DNA of 64,000 nt from Okamejei kenojei (taxonomy: Eukaryota). The number at the start of each line of letters is the position of its first letter. Position 1 is the first letter of the stretch. A program made the translations under genes and the position numbers. The notes below the pieces were generated by a model that worked only from the letters and a program-made list of their open reading frames with translations, did no database searches and was not told where the DNA came from. Positions 52,502-63,121 of the stretch are shown piece by piece. The stretch is from the NCBI GenBank assembly GCA_035221665.1, contig CM069151.1:28706001-28770000 (forward strand), written 5' to 3'.

Positions 52502-52623
52502 TCATATGAAGAGCCTCAGTTTATGCTGACACCTTGAAAAAATAATCTAAATAAGGTTCTTCTCACCTTATTTAGATTGTTTTTTCAAGGTGTGGTCAGC
52601 ATAAATTAAGGCTCTTCATATGA
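52502..52623. repeat. Near-perfect inverted repeat (about 55-bp arms, 7-nt loop)
   Basis: tcatatgaagagcct...aaataaggt / accttattt...ggctcttcatatga. Confidence 0.9.
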
Positions 52624-53355
52624 GGTAGATGAATGCAAAATTAATTTCTGGAGAGTCTGCTTGAATGGATCTGAGTTCAGGGCAAAAAAAAAAAACAATT
52701 CAAAGTCTGTTATCAATGAAGAAGACAAGTAGTAATGGTGTATAGCAATCTTGCAGGCTGGGTGACCCTGATCATATGACAAGCTTTGGTGCATTTAACA
52801 CTTCTGACTCTGATGTTTTATTCGAAGCGGGAAATGCTGATACTTATATGTTTTATTCCTTTAATTGGTGTGAGGATGCATTTCCCAGCATTTCCCTTAA
52901 CCAATACTAAACCCGCACTGGCAATTAACTTCGTAGAAATGGAGTACTTATCAACATTTTATATAAAGAAAACATTTTTGGCTGGGGTAAGGTCTAGAAC
53001 TAATGGGGGAGTAATGGAATGGGGGTGGGGGTGGAATGGAGTTGGGGGGGGGGGCGGAATGGAGTGAGGGAGAGGGTTATAGTCTCAGGATGTGGGATAA
53101 TATATGTAGGCATAAAAGTTATTCATTCAGAGGCTAGTTTACAAATGGAATTCTATACCACAGGAGGAGGCTAAGATGTTGAATATATTTATGGTGATTT
53201 TTCGACAACATAAAACATATCGAGCGATTTTAGAGAGACTGGGAATTTGGTATCCATACTGAGAATTGGGCATGATGGTATTGAATGGTGGAGCAGGCTC
53301 GATGGCCTGAATGGCCTGCTGCCATTCCCACTCTTCTATGTTTCTAAATCTACAG

Positions 53356-53486
53356 GTAACCAAGAGGACAGCCCGGCTGGTTGCTGAATGGCAGTGTGTT
53401 GGGTTTTGTCATGGTGTACTAAACACAGACAACATGAGCATTGTAGGACTTACCATCGACTATGGACCTTTTGGCTTTATGGACAG
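53356..53486 (+). CDS. SELENOO: SELENOO coding exon 4 (catalytic region)
   Basis: [30 protein letters not shown]. Confidence 0.98.
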
Positions 53487-56229
53487 GTATATAGATTTTG
53501 AACTGGAAATTATTTATAGTTTTATGGTGATAATTTTATCTAAATATTGTTGCCAAATAAACCATAGTGTTGAGTGTAACAAGTTGTTTCCTCTGCGTTT
53601 TAAGGCATGCCACATTAATATTGATGATGGCTTCAAATGAGGTTATTAAATATGAACAGAAAATGCTGAAAACACTCTAATTACAGAAAGAGAAACAGTG
53701 TTGACTTTATAGATGCGAGACCCTTTGTTAGAACTGCATGTTCATTTTCACTTGTACTTCTGGTTATTAACTTTGTTTCATTGAACTTGTTTTCATAATG
53801 AAAATGAATCTTAATTTTTGCCCAGTTCTGAAGAGTCACAGACCTGAAACATCAACATTGTTTCTCCTTCCCCTGATGCTGCCTGACATGCTAAAGGTTT
53901 TCAGCATTTTCCGTTTTTATTACACGTGTTTAGCATCTGCCGATTATTTTTCCTTGGTTTTGAATTTATTAAATCTGTCTGCTGCTTTATTTATCTTTTT
54001 GCCTCGTGCTGCTTTTTCTTTAGCTGGGTGAAGGAATTTCGGAGGGAATTCAGGCTGTTTAGTGCCTCTCAAGCTGAGATGGGGCAGACAGTTTACGTCA
54101 TGGCTTTTAAAATTTCAGTACCTTGAAAAGAACTAATGTTATGTCAACACATCATTTCAGGTTTTTTTTGCAGTTTTTTTTTTTTTTCCTTGCACATATT
54201 ATCATTGATTTGTGTCACTGAAATTGGATTCTTAATGAAAACGTATGTTAAGTTCTGATCCTTCGGTTTTACATCAGAAAAAAATCAAAATTTATCTAGT
54301 ATAAATAATCAACTAGACAGATGCAGATGGGGGGTGGTTCTGGGATGCCAGAATGCACTGCTGAGCCTACTGGAGACGTCGTGGGTTCAATCAGCGAAAC
54401 GTTGATGAAAGTAGGTGCCCACTTGATAACCCCAATGACGTGTCTGCCTAGCCTTTCTCAACATCGGAGGAGCATAGGTGAGTGCAGAAGGCTCCCATCA
54501 CCATCGGGAGTAAATTGATATTTAGCACCTTGGATTTTTAACATCTAGTCCTGTGTATTTGCAAACAGTCAATAATTTTATTTGGCCATTTACTGGACCC
54601 AAACGAAACTGGTTTCAACCTTGCAGTTTTAGAAAAGAAAACTCTTAGAGCTTTAGTAAATTGATGTTGAGTGATGTTGTATACTGGACTGTAGACATGT
54701 AATGCTAAGGAAAGGTTGGTATAGTTGTCTAATTCTTGTCCCGTCGGATATATTGGGTGTGCCCAACAAAAAGAAACTTCTGCAAGCAACCACCCATTTC
54801 TTCTGAATCAAAGCATGAGATCTGTATGATGGCAACTTTTCAACTCAGCAGTTAACTTTTTAATATATGAATCCTGTGCTGGATAGCTTATGGAATACCT
54901 CCGCACATTGTTATTCTAATTATGATCAATACCAGATCAAAAGACTGCCAATTTAGAAGGGCAACACTTAATTCATGCTAATTAAAAATGCGAAAACAAA
55001 TTTGACTAGATTGTAGTATTTAATCTATTTGGTAACCTTTTTTACAATATCATTCTTAAATTGGATTATGTATTTTATGAGGACCATTCTAACAATTCAC
55101 TGAACTTGTATGTTTTGCTGCTTGTGCTATTAATTAACTGGATGATATCTGTAATGAACTGATAAATCTGCGTTGGAATCATTCCTAGCAATGAGAAATT
55201 GTCCCTTTCATGCTAGTATTCTTATCCACGCTATTCACTTTGATTTCAATTTTTTTTGTAGTGTCTGCAGTATATTTAATAATACAAAGGATTTTGATTT
55301 AATACCTCAATAATAGTTTGCAATAGGCTGTCTAATTCTAATTTTCCTGTTTTTGTGATCTTGACTTATCTGACTAACCAATAGGTGCAATTTATCATTA
55401 TAGAAACATAGAAAATAGGTGCAGGAGTCGGTCATTCGGTCCTTCGAGCCAGCACCACCATTCAATATGATCATGGCTGATCATCCAAAATCAGTATCCC
55501 GTTCCTGCTTTATCCCAATATCCCTTGATTCCTTTAGGCTAAGAGCTAAATTTAACTCTCTCTTGGAATTTATTTTATCCGTTACATTTTATTACCATTT
55601 AAATTTATATCAGACTATCTATTAACTATCTTGCCTCTGATGTAAAGCACATAACTTTGTGCCATTCTATTAAAAGCTTGACTTTTAGTTGGAGTAGCTG
55701 AACTCCATTCCTAGTGATCTTGGGTCTCTTAACCTAGCACTGATTTGTGATCCTGCTCTGTGTCAATGATTTACGTAAAAATACTGGAATATTTTGGGCA
55801 ATGAGTGTTAGTCTGTGTTCGGGACTGATGCACATTGTGGGTCATTGCTGAAATAATTTTACTCTCTCACTTATTAAGATCTGAAATTGCTTGGTATCCT
55901 TGCTAAGTAAAATTGCTCTTGTTAAGCACTTTGGGTAATTTAGCTGCATTGTAGAAATGAAATGCTATTATTTTTTTATTGTACTGTTTATTTTGTTATT
56001 GTTTACTTAATACAAAGAACAACATTTCCTTAGGCTTTGCAGTAGGTTGCATGTGATTTTTGTTTGACAGCCACATATTGCTTTTTTTTACTTACAAAAA
56101 TGCTGCTTTTCAATGCACAAATAATCTAGATAAGGTCATAGATAATCAAATTCAGTAATCTATTTTATTGCAAATATTGCATGAGCCATGATCAGTATAA
56201 TGATACATTTCTTCCTCCAACCATTCAAG

Positions 56230-56510
56230 GTTTGATCCGGATTTTGTATGTAATGCTTCTGATAACAGAGGCCGTTATGCTTATAACCGACAACCTGAAA
56301 TCTGTAAATGGAATCTGGGCAAACTGGCAGAAGTCTTGGTTCCTGAGCTTACCCTGGAAGTGGGTCAGTCTATCATTGAAGAGGAATTTAATTCAGAGTT
56401 TGACCAACACTTCCTGCAAAAGATGAGAAAAAAATTGGGTCTACTTAGATGTGAGAAGGCAGAGGATGAAGCATTAGTTTCTGATCTATTGTATGTTTTC
56501 CATTCAACAG
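56230..56510 (+). CDS. SELENOO: SELENOO coding exon 5
   Basis: FDPDFVCNASDNRGRYAYNRQPEICKWNLGKLAE..KMRKKLGL. Confidence 0.95.
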
Positions 56511-57495
56511 GTTTGTAGGATAGTTTTATGTTTCCTATAGAATTAACCATACCTCTGAAATTTTTATAAACATCCTCAAAGCCTATATCCAAGATTATTT
56601 ACAAACTGCTCATCATTCTTTATTCTATTTTCCCTTTCTAACCATTCCTTTAAATAAAAGCCTGCTATCATTCTACGTAATTCCGTGCACCTTTTTCATC
56701 TCCTCGTTAAGCGACAAATAGGTGTAGTGAAGTAGAGAACGGGAGATTTGACAGGGTGGGTGAGGATTGATTTTAAATATGCCATTCATCCATGGGTGCT
56801 AGAGTAATATCCTAAATGCCAGTGCTTAATACAACCAGATTAAATATAATTGGTATTTTCTACGTGGTGGAATTTGCATTTACCACCAGCCATAAAGAAA
56901 GTTGTCCCCAAAGGATCTTGTGCTGTCTGCATGCACCATCTCTTTTATAATTCCAGTTGCTGTCAGGTAATGGTTCTGAGCAACCAGAGTATACAAATAT
57001 GATTGTAAATTAGCGGTGGTGAATCCCACTGAAAGGTTCCCACAATGTATACGGGAAGTGATAAGTACACTATAAACTAAAGATTGAAACGTGAAAATAC
57101 CAAATAATCATCACAAAATACTTTTAGATCTTTTTTTCTGTGGTAATTGTAATCAAATTCCAATACAATTAGGGCGAAGGTCTTTAACAATTAATTGTAG
57201 ATTATTTTGAAAGCTTGCTTGCATCTCTTTATCACAAAGCTTGACTCTTGAGGTTATTTTACAATGATGCTATTTTGTAAATACACAGAAGCAATCTAAG
57301 TGCTAATTGCTAAGTCACCAACAGTAATTTAGCATTCAGTAATTCGTATCATACTTGGAAGTTCCCAACTTTCACAATTACAACCACAAAGTCCAGACAT
57401 ATATGCTTAATGCCATATCTGTACAGAAAAGACTGCAAATTAAATGAGCAAGAAATGCAAGCACATTTTAAATTACATCTCTTTGCTCCATACAG

Positions 57496-57652
57496 GTGCA
57501 GATTTTACAAACTCCTTCCGTTTACTTAGTGATATTCCAATTCCTGGATCGTCCACTTCTTTCACATTTTCAGAATTTCTTGCAAAATTGATTGAACAGT
57601 GTGCATCACTAGAAGAGCTGAAATTAGCATTCACACCAAGTATGGATCCACG
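57496..57652 (+). CDS. SELENOO: SELENOO coding exon 6
   Basis: GADFTNSFRLL..QCASLEELKLAFTPSMDPR. Confidence 0.95.
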
Positions 57653-57959
57653 GTAAGAAAGTGTAGTGCTTTGTCATTTTTTTATATTAAGGGAAAGTTG
57701 TGTCTGACCATTTAATTAAAATTTTACTGAGGTGATTTATTAGTTGTTTTTTTTAATTTACTCTATGTTGTTATAAAAGCAATTAAAATAATATTGCTTT
57801 GTAAAAATACCCAATTAATTCCATCCATGCAGCACAGTGGTTATTGAAGCACAAGAATTTAGTTACATAAAATAAACGTTTCCATAAACATCCACCTCGG
57901 CGACTCCCCACATTCCTCATTGTGATGGAATGTAATAAAGTCCAATTTTCTCCCTCTTT

Positions 57960-58490
57960 ATTCTCCCGCGGTCGGGGCTATCGAACCATCCGCAGTCGGG
58001 GCGATCAATGCTCCCGCAGCCGGCGATCCGAAGCGCTCGCGTCGGGGTGATCAAAACACCCGCGTCGAGACGGTTGAAACTCTCCGCGGCTTGGAGCTCC
58101 TGAATCGGTCTCTAACCGGGGATCACGGGCTCCATGATGTTAAAGTCCACAGGCCCGCGGTTAGAGCTTTCCACAGTCGATCCCCGGCAAAGGGATCGTA
58201 AGCTCCATGATGGTAAGTACCTGCACCGCGCCCATGGTTGAAGCACCGGGTCTCACTCCAGGAAAGGCCGCGCCACTCCACGATGTCAGGCCGCAGTGGG
58301 GACGGAGATATGATACAGGAAGAAATTGCATCTCCGTCGAGGTAAGAGATTGAAAAAAGTTTCCCCAGCCCCCGTCCACCCCGTACACATAAAGCAAATC
58401 AAGGAACACGAAAGCATACTCTTTAACACTTAAAATAACAGAACAGAAGAAAGGACAGGCAGACTGTTGGCGAGGCAGCCATTGCTGGTG
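57960..58490 (-). mobile_element. 5' part of the GC-rich non-autonomous family
   Basis: Minus strand reads ggctgcc..ttttatgtg..ggggaaact..tctctt..ctccgtc..ggcct, as in the heads at 11915 and 48585. Confidence 0.55.
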
Positions 58491-58796
58491 CTACTCTCCC
58501 TACTACATATCCTTCCCTCCCTCCCTTTACAGTTTAAAGCACATTTGTTTTCTCACTTTTTCAGTTCTGATGAAAGATCATTAACCTAAAAGGTTAACTT
58601 TTATTGTCTCTCCACAGATGCTGTCTAACCAGCTGTGTGTGTTGGTGTGTTTTTTAATTGTTTCAGCACCGCTGTTACCCTGCCTCCTCCTGCCTGTGTT
58701 ATGTTTCATACACAGTAATTTGTCTGTTTTAATGTACATATATTTTTTAAGGCGCTGTGAGCTAGATTATGATCATGTCCTGGTTTGTCCACTCAG

Positions 58797-58982
58797 GCAG
58801 CTGTCCATATTGCTGGCCCTGTCTCAATCCAACCCACAACTCTTTGAACTGATTGGAGACAAACGAGGAGTTGCTAAAGAGATGGATCGCATAGAGCGCT
58901 TCTCCGAGCTCCAGCAGATGACAACAGAAGAGCTACTGTGCAAACTCAAGAAATCGTGGACTGACTGGCTACAGAAGTACAG
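58797..58982 (+). CDS. SELENOO: SELENOO coding exon 7
   Basis: QLSILLALSQSNPQLFELIG..WTDWLQKYR. Confidence 0.95.
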
Positions 58983-59069
58983 GTTCGAAGCTGCAACAGA
59001 AAAAAATCTGAAGTTGAAATAGATTTCTTAAGATTTAAAGAAACATATGGCAGGTGGAAGGATATGAGT

Positions 59070-59810
59070 TATAAGGAGAGGTTAATGAATGAGATGATTT
59101 AAAAGGCACCTGAGGAGCAACTTAAGTGTCAGGAGCGATGCATACATGGAACGAGTTCCCAGAAGTGGTATAATTATCACTTTTAAAAGATGCTTAAGAC
59201 AGGGACATGGATAGGAAAGGTTTGGAGAGTTATGGGCCAAGTGCAGGCAAGTACACATCAGTCACTGAAAGTAAGCATGCAGGTACAGCAGGCAGTGAAG
59301 AAAGCTAATGGCATTTTGGCCTTCATTGTGAGACGATTTGAATTTAGGAGCAAGGAAGTCCTACTGCAGTTGTACCTGGAGTATTGTGTGCAATTTTGGT
59401 CTCCTAATTTAAGGAAGGACATTATTGCTATTGAAGGAGTGCAGCATAGGTTCACCAGGTTAATTCCAGGGATGACGGGACTGACATATGAAAGAATGGG
59501 TCTAATGGGCTTGTATTCACTGGAATTTAGAAGGACGAGGGGATCTTATAGAAACACATAAAATTCTTAAAGAATTGGACAGGCTAAATGCAGGAAAAAT
59601 GTTCCCGGTTGTGGGAATCCAGAACCAGGGGTCACAGTTTAAGAATAAGAGGTAGGCCATTTAGGACTGAGATGAGGAAAAACTTTGTCACCAAGAGTTG
59701 TGAATCTGTGGAATTCTCTGCCACCAAAAGCAGTGGAGACCAATTCACTGGATGTTTTCAAGAGTTAGATTTAGCTCTTAGGGCTGAAGGAATCAAGGGA
59801 AATGGGTAAA
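59070..59810 (+). mobile_element. CR1 LINE fragments
   Basis: QVQQAVKKANGILAFI..LEYCVQFWSPNLRKDI..RFTRLIPGM. Confidence 0.9.
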
Positions 59811-59904
59811 TATTGGGTGATTCTCATGGATGAATTATAGTTTGTTTTTCCTGCAAGGTATGAATCTGTATAAATAATTTGGACTACTTAACGTTCAACA
59901 AGTG

Positions 59905-60290
59905 CACAATTCGCAATAACCAACCTGTTCTCCCGGTGGCTCAACACTTCAACTCCCCCTCCCATTCCAAATCCAACCTTTTTGTCCTGGGCCTCCTCCA
60001 TGGCCAGAGTGAGGCCCACCGTAAATTGGAGGAGCAGCACCTCATGTTTCATTTGGGTAGTTTACACCTCAGCAGCATGAATGTTGACTTCTCCAATTTC
60101 AGGTAGTCCCTGCTTTCTCCTCCCCTTCCCAGCTCTCCCACAGCCCACTGTCTCCTCCTCTTCCTTTCTTCCCCCCCCCCCCACCCTCACATCAGTCTGA
60201 AGAAGTGTCTCGACCTGAAACAACGCCTATTTCCTTCACTCCATAGATGCTGCCTCACCTGCTGAGTTGCTCCAGCATTTTTGTCTTTAT
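59905..60290 (+). mobile_element. Penelope-like element 3' end: GIY-YIG C-terminus followed by the hammerhead-like motif
   Basis: PVAQHFNSPSHS..LGL..RKLEEQHLMFHLGSL..MNVDFSNFR*, then CTGAAGA..GAAA at 60197-60210 and the family tail. Confidence 0.85.
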
Positions 60291-60603
60291 CCACAACTTG
60301 TATTGCATTGTTCAACTTTTGCTGGATTGCACTTCATTTTTCAGTTTACTAAAAACCTATTAAAAAATACTTTCTGTATTTAACATCATTTTTAATTTGT
60401 TTGCACAAAGTTCAAACAAAAAATTTAAATTTAATTTCTATATTATTAGTATGGTATAAATACATCAATGGGAATGACAGAGGGTTTTAATATGTATTTC
60501 TAAGGGTTAGATTCTGTGCTGTTAATTATGAGTATTCATCTTTGAACTTTCAAAATGATTTATATCTGAAGAGATGTAGGTATTTGTTTTTGTTCCCTTT
60601 CAG

Positions 60604-60760
60604 GTCTCGTTTGGAAAATGAAGCAGAAGGTGTGGATGATGTTGCTGAACTAAACGCTGAACGTGTGAAGGTGATGAATGCAAACAACCCCAAATTTATC
60701 CTGAGAAATTACATTGCACAAAATGCAATATCGGCTGCAGAGGATGGGGACTTCTCAGAG
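60604..60760 (+). CDS. SELENOO: SELENOO coding exon 8 (last exon with Sec codon not found in window)
   Basis: RVKVMNANNPKFILRNYIAQNAISAAEDGDFSE. Confidence 0.96.
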
Positions 60761-62435
60761 GTGGGTAGATTGCACTACATCAATTTCAAAGGTTAAGTGC
60801 AAAGTAACAATCCTTCTGCAGATTAGTGTCTGATGATACGTTACTCTTAAAGTTTACACAGTAATAGGTGTGGGTAAGGTACGGAAAGCATTCAAATTCA
60901 CCTAGGAATTGTGGTTCAGTACCTTTTGTGAATGCAACCCTTACCCTCTGCTGTATTACCCTCTACTGACTTTGGTGCAGCATTGAAGATTCTTCTTTGA
61001 AGCAAGAATCTCCATTGCAAAAATCTCCCAAATTTCTAAATACCATGTTTTAAAATAATTGTAATATGCCGTTTATGTCAATATTTAGAATTTTTAATCA
61101 AATCATTTTCTTTTTGCTCTTCCATAATCGATGGAAGTTTGGTCTCCATGAGATTTGTATGAAACTGTTCTAAAATTAGTTGCCCTGCAGAAATATATCC
61201 ACAGTTAAAGTAGCAGCTGAAATCTGACAACAATTATAGTGAAGATCTAATTCTCAGTTTAAACATGTTCATAGGTTTTAGGAAACAACATTCATCATAA
61301 AGGTAATTCTGCTATAACACGCTTTCATAACGTGAATTAGATATAACAAGTGATGAATTGGGGATCACAATTTATATTATGCGGGTTGAATTGGTCACAA
61401 TGTGATTTAGACTAGGAACTAGAGAACATTCAACTATTACATTGGAAATTGACAAGCAAAAAAACTCTTGGATTTAAACAGTATAAGGAACAAACATCTT
61501 TTCGTGTCACCTCTTCACAATAATCAGACACCATCATCTTAAGAACATAGCTGCTTTAACTGCGGGTGGCCGTTGACTTTTACATACAATATTTTCCATG
61601 ACACTTGTACAATGATACTTGATGAAACAATGTAGGTATGTTACAAAACTTACCTTCAGCGGCGCTGCAGTTCTGTCACTGGCCGTGTGCACGACTTTGG
61701 CCCCTTTGGGGGGGGGGGGGGGGGGGGGGGTTAAAATGCAGTTTTCCCCTGCTTTCTGGAGTTATATTTTCTCTGGGTGCGAGCTTTTGCTAAAGATTCG
61801 TTCTGACTGCCGGTATGTGAAAAAAATGTTTTAACCCTTACGCCAACAACGGGGACAGATTTCACGTAGGGGACGGGTTATTTTTACATATAAACTTGCT
61901 TGTTAAGATGACCGTAATCATGTGTAAAAATGTCATGTTGCGAAACGGTGATTTATTCCCCATATGAACCGTCAGTACTTTTCCTGCTAATATGGGGTTT
62001 AAATTCACCGCAACCGCAACCCCAATCCATTGCGTTCCATAAAATCCCACTCGCAAGCTGATTTAAATGGCCATTAATTTACAGGCATTAAACACTAAAT
62101 TCCTTCAATATGGCCTATAAATTCATGACAATGAGATTTAAAAATCATGTTATATTGTGAATTATTGTGTAAATGTTATTTGGACACTTAGGCTTTTTAA
62201 AAAATTGTTAATATTTTCTTAAGAAATGGATAGATGTTTAGTAATTGAATTTTGTAATTAGCTACAATTGGGTAACTAACTAATCATATGCTTTAATTTC
62301 AGGTCATCCAAGTAAGATTGTTTCATATTTGTTTCAGAATGCTTCAATCTATAATAACTGAACATTTCTTGCAGTTCTCTTAATTTTTAAGAAAGTTATG
62401 GGCTTTTGACAGTCCTAGATCACAGCTTTTGTGTT

Positions 62436-63080
62436 TGTTGAGGTGGATTTCTATTCTACCATGATCATTGCACGATTCCACCTGGCTCCTGTGTACTCAC
62501 AGCACTGCGTGCTGATAATCCAGTACCGACCACTATCGTGAACAAACTACACAACAACTTTACTTACTTAACAAGATATTTATCACATACAAACACTCTA
62601 CAACAATTCTATCAGCTAACTAGATAAATGGCGTTTGTTCTATCACCGGTGCTTACCCTCAGACAGCACCGGTGAGAGTCGCACACCGCTACTCACCAAC
62701 CCGCTCGAGCGTGGAGATCGTGAGTCGACCCCTTGGTCTCTCCCCCCCGTCCTTCGCTGCGCTCTTTTATACAGTTCTTATCTAACTTTGCAAGCCGCGT
62801 CTGTCACTTGTTTACTCCAATGTACCCTGCGGTACCAGAAGTGACCGGTACCCAGAAGTGACCGGTACCCAGAAGTGACCGGTACCCAGAAGTGACCGAC
62901 ATTCTTAGAACTTCGAGAGCATCCTGTTCCCTACCCACCCCATTAACACTGTTATCTGTCATATGTCAGGCAGTCATTTCTTAAAGTGTTTACAACTTCG
63001 AAATACATTTTAAACATTTAACTTCTCAAATAATACATTTCAATACATGTGATTACAAGGTAATACAGACAGTTTCCACA
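62436..63080 (-). mobile_element. Endogenous retrovirus 3' LTR (about 645 bp)
   Basis: PPT AAAAGGAGGGAA then TGTGG at 63080; TATAAAA 62765-62771; AGTAAA polyA variant near 62560; ends CAACA (left boundary less certain). Confidence 0.75.
62831..62897. repeat. 17-bp tandem repeat x4 (ggtacccagaagtgacc) in LTR U3
   Basis: Direct inspection. Confidence 0.9.
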
Positions 63081-63121
63081 TTCCCTCCTTTTATCATACT
63101 GATGATAAATCCATACTTTGG

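Noticed and set aside
53487-56229. U12-type intron, suggested by a ttcctccaac element close to an AAG acceptor
   Set aside because: The donor GTATATAG does not match the U12 consensus GTATCCTT
60761-62435. SELENOO last exon, Sec UGA and SECIS
   Set aside because: No matching exon or SECIS seen; expected beyond the ERV, outside the window
61615-62435. Possible DNA-transposon-like repeat hosting the ERV
   Set aside because: Looks repeat-like, but it is single-copy here and its other end lies outside the window, so it cannot be classified
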